From Raillietiella orientalis (Eukaryota): DNA of 64,000 bases. The stretch covers positions 2,666,001 through 2,730,000 of the forward strand of contig JAYWIR010000004.1 of the NCBI GenBank assembly GCA_036172245.1, written 5' to 3'. The notes beneath the pieces are model-generated. The model did no database searches, was not told the DNA's origin, and saw only the letters and a program-made list of their open reading frames with translations. Position numbers and translations under genes: made by a program. Shown here in pieces: positions 50,614 to 60,999 of this stretch. Position 1 is the first letter of the stretch, and each line of letters begins with the position of its first letter.

Positions 50614-53600
50614 TGCTGTGATCGAAATTTCAACTTGTTTTTGCAACGGTGCCATCAACTGCGATTGAAGAATGTCCAGCGTCTCTTTACGTGGTTAAAC
50701 AAAAATCCCCCCCCCCCCAAAAAAAAAGAAAGAAAGAAAGAAGCGGTTCAACGTTGTATTATGTGAAGACGACGGTTTCCTGAAGTATATTTCGCCCCCT
50801 TTAAAAAACCAGCGCAAAGCCGGACTGTGGAGCCATTGGTCCGAGTTAGGGTTATAGAAGGAATCCACGAGTACATCTTTTTCTCACCGACGTGGGTGCG
50901 CCGCCGGTTTCCCTGCGGGGAAAAACAGCAGCACGGGGAGGGATCGGCCGGTGGTGCTTTTTCCTCGTCTTGTAAACTCCCATTTTTGTTTGCGATGGCA
51001 GCAACGCCACGTTTCCGTGACATCAGATATTTCTGTCCCGGTTCCTTCAACCGGTCTGTTTCCAAAAGCTTCCGTGTGTGCGAAAGATACGTAGGGTTGG
51101 GTTTCCAGCCTTCTTCCCCATTTCCTTTTTTTCGTTTTGCCCCGTCTGCGTCTCCTTGCGCACCAGCCGTCGAAAAACGTCGGAAATCAATCGGAGCGAT
51201 CGCAACGGTGTTCCCGTTAAGAGAGTGCTACTTGTTTTTTTTTTTTTTTTTTGGGGGGGGGGGGGCAACGGGATGGAACGGGCCGTCCCACGGGCCTGTT
51301 TTTTTCCCGAGTGGTGCAGCAGCAGCAGCTCGTCTGTTTAATGCTACGGTTGCGCTGGGAGTTTCGAATCGTGGGAGGCACCTCCTCCTGTGCCCTCGCA
51401 GGCCATCCTGAGGGGCTGCTGGAGCGGAAGAGAGAGTGGTGGGATGCGTGCGCGCGTCTCTCTGTGCACGCCAGGAGTGGAGGCGGCTGCCTTTCGGAGG
51501 ACCCCGGTTTGCCAGTCTTCGGTTGTGGGAAAGGGCAAGCCACCTTCTTTGACCACCTTCACCTGACACGTTTGGAAAATTCCCAGCGCTTGCAGACAAC
51601 GTCGATTCGATTCCAGGGGAAGAAGGAAGGAACTGCTAAGGAACGCAGGAAGCGGAACAGCGCTTTCCGTTACAGCAACCTGCTCTCTCGATTCCTAATT
51701 TATTCGTTTCGTGCACGAAAGTGTATCCGCAAGCATGGGCCCTCTTCCTCCGGGAAACCAATCCCTGCGTGGTCAAGAAGTTGCGGGAAAAAAAAAAAGG
51801 AAAAAATCAGGTGATAAAATGAAGAGAGGAGGAGCGTTTACAGTAACTGAGGATCAGTCAGTTGCCTAGATCAACGACCGGCCGTCGGTTTTGCCTGCGT
51901 TTCCTAATCGCTCGCATTATGAAATGGCTTCGCTGGAACAGATAACTCCGCCAGGTTTCCCTTGGCGATAATCATTGGAATCTGAATGCGGTGACTGGTG
52001 AGGCTGGTCACTTGGCATTTCATGCAAGTGTTACAGGCGTGTGTGTCTATTGCGTCATGTTCTTGTCGCCATTTTGCTCGGCTCGCCGTGTCACGACATT
52101 CTTGGAGGTGCAATTGCACTGCCTTGCACACACACACACACACACACACACACACCAGGTGTACGTGGATGGCGCTGGCCGGGGAGCGAGGTGTCCGCAC
52201 ATACATCCGTGCATGTGTGTGCGCGTGTGCATTTGTCGGTTTCAGCTCGTCCGATCGTATCTGCCCAGGGCACGCGAATATTTCCCGAGTTTGGGCAGTG
52301 ATTTTTCCGGTGGGGGGATTGCACAACGCTCTTTCGCTGCTGTTGGTGCAGAATCTCCTTGACCGAAAAGGCTAATCATCCGAGTTAGGAAACGAGTGAT
52401 ATCGATGTGGCAACGCGCGGATTTCGCGAGCTGCTGCAGGACCTACGGAATTCCTCCGTAGGGTTATTGCCGTTTGTTCCAAACGACGGGTTTAGGCAGC
52501 ACGCCTTCTTCCCAGCTCGGACTCAAAAAAAAAAAAAAAAAGGGGAGGGGGGGGTGGACGATGGTGGTGCGCGTTCACCGGGGTCAGTTTATCCGATGGA
52601 AAACGTTCGGCGGTTGTGCGAAGAATATGGGATCGATTTGACACGTCCCAATCAATGATAGACATAATTGAATAATGGCGGCGAGTACTGCGCATCCTGC
52701 ATTTAAATAAGACTTCCTTGCTACCCCCCCCCCCTCCCCTCAGCAGAAAAGAAAAATGAGAGGGTGGTGAAGAAAGGAATCGTTTTTATTCGAGGATGGC
52801 GGTTTGAAAAGAAGAGAAAGAAGAGAGGAGGAAAAAAAAAGAAAAAAAAAAAAAAGAAGAAATCTCGGGAAACACGCGCAGACTTTTTCTCGGTTGGGAA
52901 GAAACGATTTCCCTTCCCGGAATGGCGACGAAACTGCTGGACGAGAAACTGGGAAAATTGGGCACCGTTCGAACACGCGATGAACTGTCAAAGATCCTCC
53001 GTCCCCCGAAAGCGAGCACTCCGATTTCCCAAAGCGGTCTCTGATTTTCTCACGATGCCCATCTGGTCCACGAGGTATGCCGGAGAGAGTGCGAAATGAT
53101 GCAGGTGCATTTTTCCTTAGGCTCTCATTACAGTATCTGAAAAACGGTGACTTTCTCACCTTCCAGTCATGTTTGCATCCGAGACAATCGGAGCAGTCTC
53201 AGGTGAGAGGCTCGCAGTGTGTGTGCTTTACGCACCCTTCGGCAGCCATGGGAACGGAAAGCCACACCGAAGCGGTGACACCGGAGAGCGCGCGACCGAG
53301 CCGCCGAGCGCAGTTGCATAAATTCGGGAAGACGGGAGGAGGAGAGGGGAGGGGGGGGGGGGGGTGAGAGAGACAAGTGCCCGCTGAGGAAGAAAGGACA
53401 GCTCGTGGAGAGCGGCCGAGAATGTTTCCATTTCCCGTGGCGAGTTTTTATCCTGATTTTTCTCCAAGGTCCACTTTCGTTTCGGTCCTTCCTTTCTGTT
53501 GCAACGGATACCGTTCGATGGAAAGATCTCTTGTCACGGCGGAGGACCTTCTCGAAAAGCACGCGAGGCAGGATTTTCTTCTTCTTCTCCTTCTTCTGCT

Positions 53601-53840
53601 GCTGCAAACTCATCGATCTGTCGTCTGAAGGCAAACCGAACGCTCTCGGCCGCTCGCCGGCGCTCTCCGTAACTGCCGAAAACGCAGGGGCGCCCGCCTG
53701 CCATGTGATCCCTCGACTTCGCATCCAGAGTTGAATCGGGACGGCTCGCATGATCTTCGCAGGCGATCCTCAAACGGGTGGGGCTCGGGATGTGTATATC
53801 CCCCCGCTCTTGTTGGTTTGGCACGCTGCGATGCGTGGCG

Positions 53841-53886
53841 GGAGAAAAGCCGTGGGTGCGCGCGCGCGCACCCACGGCTTCTCTCC
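53841..53886. repeat. 46-bp near-perfect palindrome with (GC)n centre
   Basis: ggagaaaagccgtgggtgcgcgc|gcgcgcacccacggcttctctcc: 22 of 23 pairs match and there is no spacer. Confidence 0.95.
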
Positions 53887-55276
53887 TGCTGCCGCCGCAT
53901 CAGTCGCATCCGTCGATCTTCGAGGTGCAATGGGGACTCGGGCGTGCGGATCTGCAAACGACCTTGCGCCTCCAGGATCGAGCCGAAAGCGCCTTCCTCC
54001 CCCTCCCCTTCCGCAATTTATTCGAGAGTGCACTGCCAGAGAAAAATGGCTGCGTGGAGATCGGGCGGGAGTGCCACCGCAGTCTCTCCCTCCCCCTTTC
54101 CTCCCCAGTCCCGCTTCCGGACCGGGGGAGCCTTCTCGTGCCGAACCAATCCATCCAGAAGGACACCCGCGGGTGCGCGCGAGGACCGAGGGAGGGGCTG
54201 CATCCCGAAACGCCTCGCCTGGTCCGCCGCAACTCGCCTCCTCCTCCCTCTGTTCCCCTCTGGCGCTCCGCCACCTTTGCTCACGCCTTGGTGCCCATGC
54301 GGGAAACCCACCGCGCTGGACCCGGTGGCTCTTTGCGCGCAGGCGCTTGCACACTCCCGCCCAAGTTCGCGCGCGACCCCGCTGGGGCATCCGACCGACC
54401 GCTCTTGGCAAAGAGACGGAAGAGGACCGTGGGTGTCGGCGGCAGGACGCCGATCTGGGTGGCGGGAAGCTGCGGGGACGTCCGCCCCCGCGGTGGCCAG
54501 TGGAGAGAAGCGCTTCCCGCGGGAGAGAGGGGAGGGGAACAATGCCCTGCTCGCCTTGGTGCTCTGCGCTCGTGTGCTGGCTTCTGCCTCCCGAAAACAG
54601 AAGTATAAAATTACCGGAGTCTTTTTTCTCTTTTTTGCTTCGCCCCTTGCGCGCGCCGAGCCGAACGCCGCAGAGATGTCGGTTAGACAAAAAACGTCCG
54701 CTGGCTCATGCGCAGCAAGCAGCAGCGGGAGGATGCGCTCCTTTCCAGGACCTTTCCTTCCTTTCCTTTTTTTTTTTTTATCCTCGCTCTGGGATTTCCG
54801 ACGGACGCGAGGAGGGTCGGGTTGGTCGGCTTTTTGGATCAAGCCGGGCGATCATCTCTTTTCCTCTCCATTTCCCGACTGTGCTCGTGCCGCCTCGACG
54901 GGCTGTTCCGGGGAGGGGAGCGGCGGTCCCGCTGCTTGGCACACCGGGAAGAGGCCGCCACCACCGCCATCAGCGGAAGCTGCAAAACGCGAGCGATGTC
55001 GACAAGCCGTTGAAAAGTGCTGGGCGCGGCGCGCGCCTCCCTCATCCGTCCTGTAGTCTGGCGGCTGCCTTCCTCTCCTTTTCCTGTTTCGCCCTGCTTT
55101 GCTTTCCACCTCCTCCTCTTTTACTTTTTGCCTTTGCTCGGCTCGGTCACGTTGTTTGCGCAGATGACCGCTGCGCGGACTACGCAGTCACCACCTGACA
55201 GCCCGAGCAATCCAAAGGAATGTTAATTCGAAGGAATCTCGAAGAGCGGTAATCGGACAATCCGCAGAGTTAACAC

Positions 55277-55303
55277 ACGCACGCACGCACGCACGCACGC
55301 ACG
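55277..55303. repeat. (GCAC)n microsatellite; (GCA)n tract nearby at ~55425-55448
   Basis: Direct sequence. Confidence 0.9.
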
Positions 55304-56360
55304 CGGAGAGAGAAGAGCCTCGCTGTGTTTGGTTTGTGGGAGTTGCTGGCACCGTGCGCTCCGCACGCCGACAAGCGGCACTCAGCTTTTCTCTCGCGTT
55401 GCTGCAAGCCTTACAAGTAACGCCAGCAGCAGCAGCAGCAGCAGCAGCGGCGGCGGAGGAGGCTGAGGAGGAGGCGTCTGCACCGCTGTTTACTTTTTCT
55501 TTTTCATTCTGGGGCTCACGGCGTGAAAAACGTGCTGTTGCGCGCATGACATTTATCGAAAAATCTGCGCATCCTCCATTGTACTTCCCACTGGCGCGGG
55601 ACCATTATCGGCCACAGCAGGCTGACTGCATCCGAAGACGACCCCACGAGCCGGCTCGGAACGGAACGGTCAGGCGGGGATCAAAGTCTTCCGGCAGAAG
55701 GAGAGAGGGTCAGGCAGCAGCAGAAACCACGCGGCGGCCGCAGCAGCGAGAGGGGGGAGAGATCTCAAGTCCGTCCCGCAAAGATGACACCGGGGGGGGG
55801 GGGGGGGGAAGACGGGATAAGGAAATGTCGCGCGCGCGAGATGATGCTTCCTGACAACTCCGGTCTGCCCACGCACACCGTTCGTATTGTCTTCTCTCCG
55901 CGAGGCAGCTTTTCGACACTTTTTTTTTTTTTTTTTCTGCTGATGCTACGGGATGCGCGCGCAAGCACGCACACTTCGCCACATGACAAATACCACACAC
56001 ACTACATGCAGCACACATGCTCACCGTACGGACGCGCACACGCACATAGTACACACACACAATAGATAAAACGAGGCCATCGGCGGTGCTACGCGACGAT
56101 TCTCGCACGGCTGCAAAGGACGTTAAGCCCACCAGCGCTCCCGATCCCCATTTTCGCATGGGGGCCGGCCGTTTTTTTCCCAGGCGCAAAAAGATGCTTC
56201 CCTCCTACCCCCCCCCTCCTTCCTTCCCCCCTTCCCCCCACCTGTTACCCGCTTTCGCGAAAAAAGTTCCTGCCTCCTTGATACTGGAAACCATGGCTAC
56301 TGCCGTGATGAATCTGGAATGATCACCGTGTGTGAATCCAACCGATTCTATAATCGATGC

Positions 56361-56495
56361 CATGGGAAACAGCCCGGCTGCACGTGGCCAATGGAACTAC
56401 CCCTCATGGAGCAGTCGTGGGAACATACGAAGAAAAGAAATAACACACGTGGCTTCCCATTGCTTGCCATATGCCATGCTTAAACCGTGGGATAC
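56361..56495. promoter_or_regulatory. Candidate Notch-responsive enhancer (Su(H)/CSL plus CACGTG cluster)
   Basis: CGTGGGAA at 56416-56423 is flanked by two CACGTGGC (56381, 56446), with ATGGGAA (56362), TTCCCAT (56454) and CGTGGGAT (56486) nearby. Confidence 0.4.
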
Positions 56496-57844
56496 TGGCA
56501 GCATACCTACCACACCTTAACAACACACAAACACACACAAAGCGTGTCTACGAAAGGGGGGTGTCCTTTTTGGAGGACACGAATCCGTCTGCGTTATCTT
56601 GTGAAATCCATCACTTTTGAGACAGAAGTTCCTCTTTTTTTTTTTTTTTTCCTTCTTCTTTCGCTACCGATGCGCGGGAGCTCGACAGGCTTTCCATGCG
56701 TCGCAGTTCTAATTACTTCCTGCTTACCTTTTCTTGGTCACGGACTGAGATTCACACAAGAAAGCGACTTTCTACGTGAAAAATTATCAATTGAGGGCGC
56801 TGGAAGAACTGCGCGCTACACCTGGTCCTCTAGACACCTGGATGGAATACGAAAGTATGCGGCAGAAATTTGCTCGCGAAGAAAACCGAGAGAAGGAGAG
56901 GGCGAGAGAACGAGAGGGAGGGAGGGGGGGGGGAAGGGAAAGGAAAAAAAAAAAAAAAAAAAGGAAAAAAAAAAAAAAAAAAGCAGCAGCAGTCTCGATT
57001 CTTTGCTCTTGGACGATGACGTGGCGACAGCGCTTACATGGAACAGGCGACTGCAACTGAAAGTAAAGCTACCAACCCCTCCCCCCCCCCAAACACACAC
57101 ACACACACACACAAATCGTGGAAGGAAAAAAAAATAAAAATGGCGGGCGAGCGGTGTGGTGGAAGAATTCCCTGCAGTCCTCGAGTCGGGTGTTCGACAG
57201 GCCTGACGCGTCGAAATGGAATCCAAAAAAAAAAAAAAAAAGTCTCTATAAGAAAGGAGTTCAATCATCTTTTCACACGCTGGAGCATACAATTTCTTTC
57301 TTTTAAAAGGGGAAAAATAAAAAAAAAAAACATGCTGGCCAGTTGTTTTCTTTTTTTTTTTTTTTTTTTTTTAATGAACAGAGAGTTGTTACTGAGACTT
57401 CCTTCAGTCGACATGCCGTTATGGAACGACACCAGCACGCGCGAAGACATTTTGCAGACTCGTTCACTTTCTGCACGGCAGACTCGCAGCGAAATGGCTT
57501 GCTTCAAACATCGATCGATAGCACGCATCGCAACATCCCTCGTCGAGGACCGGAGTGTTCACCAAAAAGGAAGGAAGGAAGGAAGGAGGGGAAAAAAAAG
57601 GGGGGGGGCGGGGGGGGGGAATGCAGCAGCAGAGACGCACAGTGCGTGCACATGACGTGTTTTCGGAGCACACGGTGCGCTGCTGCTGCTTCGGTGCCAC
57701 TGCCGTGGCTCCCGTTGCAGCTTCCCAATGGCAGCATCCTTGGGGATCGAAATCTACGAAATCACGACGCCTCGTGGGCTGCGACGGGGGGGGAAGCGCA
57801 ATTTCGCTCGCTCGCCGAGAAGAGTCTTTTCGGAACCATGAATT

Positions 57845-58102
57845 TCACGAGCACACATTGCAAATGGATGGAACGTGCGGAAGCTGCAGTGTATCTTCCA
57901 GGTCATAGATATAGTCAATCACGTACTGTATCAACTCTAACTTGCTCACTTTTTTGTCCTTAGGAACGGATGGGACGATGTCTTTCAGCTTCGTGAAGTA
58001 TTCCTTGATCTGAACACTCTCGCAATCACTCTGTCTCTTGAGTATCTTGCCATCCTTGACAGGATCCTTGCAAGGTACCTTCGTGACGGGAAGAGACTTC
58101 AT
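57845..58102 (-). CDS. emc: Id/extramacrochaetae (inhibitor of DNA binding) HLH protein, 85 aa
   Basis: MKS start, GKILK motif and ESVQIKEYFTKLKDIVPSVPKDKKVSKLELIQYVIDYIYDLEDTL form a classic group-D HLH with no basic region. Confidence 0.96.
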   Translation of the reverse strand: MKSLPVTKVPCKDPVKDGKILKRQSDCESVQIKEYFTKLKDIVPSVPKDKKVSKLELIQYVIDYIYDLEDTLQLPHVPSICNVCS

Positions 58103-58199
58103 AGCCGTGCGTGTGTGCGTGAGCTTTCACTGAGACGGAGGATCGCGCCACCACGGGATGCAGCAGCACCACTACACGACGGGCGCACTTCACACGCCC

Positions 58200-58249
58200 A
58201 ACTGCGAAACCTTAAGGCCGTGCTACTCCGCGTCGCAACTGCTTTTATA
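58200..58249 (-). promoter_or_regulatory. TATA-box core promoter of emc/Id
   Basis: TATAAAAG on the minus strand at 58249-58242, ~140 nt upstream of the ATG, with no intervening ATG. Confidence 0.7.
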
Positions 58250-58413
58250 CGCGCACGAGCCGGGCTCGGAGCAGATGCACCCCACTGCCATCTACGGTCG
58301 CGTGCCCGTACTTCCGCCTGACACACATTTCAGACGTTCGATAGAATGCACGCCTTTTGCAGAAATGCGTTCCCGCTTCAGTGACCGTGGTGTAAGCAGC
58401 TTGCCAAGTGATA

Positions 58414-58449
58414 GCTGCTGTCCGGCGCCAGCCTGGCGCGCTGCTGTCC
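58414..58449. promoter_or_regulatory. Candidate BMP/Smad response element upstream of emc/Id
   Basis: GGCGCC-AGCCT-GGCG (58424-58438) fits GGCGYC(N5)GNCV. It overlaps the palindrome GCGCCAG-C-CTGGCGC, which is flanked by GCTGCTGTCC direct repeats. Confidence 0.6.
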
Positions 58450-60999
58450 ACGCACGCACGCACGAGTTCCGTGGTGGTCGTTGGACTGCTGCTGCCGCAG
58501 ACTCCGGATCCGTCCCTGCGATGGCACCGCTTTCCGAACTGGAATCTGCCGAGCGGCCACCCGAATCATCGCCAGGATGACTTGCGGGAGGGAGAACGGG
58601 AAGAGGGCAAAAGACACGCTCCCACGCGCACGAAAAGTGCACCTTTCGGGAAAGGGAAACCCTTTTGTCGACCCCATTGTTCGAGGTACTTCCCTGAAAC
58701 CTGAGGTGCATTTCGCTAGCGCTGGAGCCGCAGAAAACCTCGGAGATGGCCCTGCGTTCCGTCGGCTGCCGCCGCTGCTGCTGCTGCTTCGCGCCCGCTG
58801 TGCCTTGCGAGCCGGGAGTTGGTGCTGGCGAAGTTCGTCGTCGCGCCGCCCGTCCTCGTGCAGAGGGCGCGGGCGGCACATCACCGCGATTCGCCGAGCG
58901 GTTCGCAGCGTCTTCAATCGTTCGCCGTTTCCGGATTCCGAGCGGCTCCGACAGAGCTCGCAGGGTTTTTTTTCCCCCCCCCCCCTCCTCCGCGAAGCGC
59001 TCCTCCCCCTCCTCCGGTCCTCCGACTGCCCGGCCAGATTCTTCGCCACCGCGCCGGCGCGGAAGTCCTGTGCGCGTGCACTCGATCTCACTCGGTCCCT
59101 GCCGCAACTTCATGATGCGCCCGAAAGGAAAAGAAGTGAAATCTGGGCGTTGGCTGATTGATGCTGGGCGGGCCGTCCGGATTCCCGCGAGGTCACCGCG
59201 AGGGCGCGTAGCGCCCGCATCGTGATCTTTCGCTAGGTTACCCGGGAGGTGGCTGAGGGAGCGGACCGCGCTGCCAGGCCAGAGGGATGGCCGGCAGAGG
59301 TACCACCAGCCCGGGTTTCGCGAGGGCCGCCCTCGTGACCCTTCGGTCTCCATACGGTCCGGAGAGGAGGGGGGCGGAAAATCAACTCTGGGATAGCAGT
59401 CATCCGGAGGAAGGTCCCTCGCAGCTAGGAGGAAGGACGATGCCTGCGTAACAGATGCGTGTCTGCGGTCGTGTCTCCCAGGCAGGAGGAGCGGCGCGCT
59501 TTCCTATTCTTCCGCTCCCAGAAGTCTTTCCTGCCTGCTGCTGTCGTGCCGCGGTTCCGGGATGGTGCGCGCCACGGAGAAGTCGCCGGCGCCGCCGCGT
59601 TTTCCGCGCACGCGCGCTGACGGATGGAGGAGCGAGCACGCCTACTTGCCAGCGGAGGAAAACGGAGATGCGGCAACGAGGTCACGCACGCACGCACGCA
59701 CGCACTCGCGCGAACGCGTGCGTGCGTGCGTTCACCCCGTGTGCACGTGTGCGGCGTTCGCCAGAAGGGAATCGAGGAATCACCCCGGAAGGCCAGGGGG
59801 CCCGGGAATCACCATCGTCTTTCAATGTCACTTTCGCAGAAGCGACCTCTCCGGAGTTCTTCGCCTGGAGGAGGATGCGTTATTTCCCCCCTTTTGGGAT
59901 ACGGGCGCTCCTCTTGAGACGACGATGGCGACGGTGCTCTTCCTTTCCCGAGAAAAAAAGGGATTGGTGGTGGGTGGGGGGAAGGAGAACAGTTCCGATG
60001 AGGTGCTCGGGAGAAGGAAAGAACGGAACGGGGAGGTGCGTGGGCGCCCTCTGCCGGCGTCCACCTGAACGAAGAAGGCGCGGGCCGTCATCGCGTCAAC
60101 CCCCGGGCCCTCTTCCGTGACCCGGGGCGGGTCGCACGTGCCGTCGATCGCGGAGGGGAGAGCGGGCGCGCCCCTCTGGGAAGGAGGAGGGAAAAAACCG
60201 TTACATTCGAGCCTGGGATGTCCACCCCATCTGTCGTCATCTCCATCTGTTGCGACATTCCAGCTGCCCCGCCACCAGCGCGAAAACAGATTAATATTTT
60301 ATAAAGCGCAATTACCTCCGACCTTGAGATCAGCACGGTCGCCCACCGACGGTCAACACATTGTTGAGTCTCCCGCCGGTGAGCGGACCCGGTCCCGGGG
60401 CGACCGCGCCTGCGCGCGCGCGCCACCGTTCCCCCCCATTTTTCTCCCGCGCGGGCAGCTGGTGCCGCCGCCTCTGTCCTCGCGCTCCTCGTCGCCGTGG
60501 TGATCGAACGGACTTATCGGAAATGCGCGCCGGGCATCTGTCCTTCCAGTGAAAAGGAAAGCGAGGGCGCGCGGGAGGGAAACAGGGAGGAAGGGGGAGG
60601 AGGAGGAAAGAGGAGGAGGAGAGCGCTTGCCCATTCATCGCTTAATAAGGAGAGGAATGCAGGTGAAGAGGGAGGGCGTCAGGCAGTGAAAGTGACGACA
60701 GGTCACGAAGGCTGACCCGTTCCCTCTCCCCCCGCAAGGGTGGGATAATGAAGGATCAGCGCAGGCTGCCACCGCGCCGCTGACGTCGCCGACTTCCCCC
60801 CCGCTCCCAACCCTTTCACTTTCTATGGGAATTACGCGTGACAACATCTGCCCACGGTTGTTGAGATTCCCATTGTTGCGAAGCCGCGATAATCGCCGGG
60901 CTGCCGACGTCCCCCCTCCCCCCACCCCACCACCGCTTCCAGGAGAGTAGCTCTCGACTGCTGCAGGGCGACGACCAGGACTCCAGCCCGCTTCTTCGG

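Noticed and set aside
53731..55198. Long ORFs of 441 and 482 aa (also 61019-62419, 43023-44321, 40947-42143, 37812-38987)
   Set aside because: They are Arg/Pro/Gly/Ala-rich, overlap in several frames on both strands, cross homopolymer tracts and have no domain, as expected from stop-codon scarcity in GC-rich DNA.
59684..59730. Inverted (GCAC)n/(GTGC)n hairpin
   Set aside because: Explained by a locally common microsatellite occurring in both orientations.
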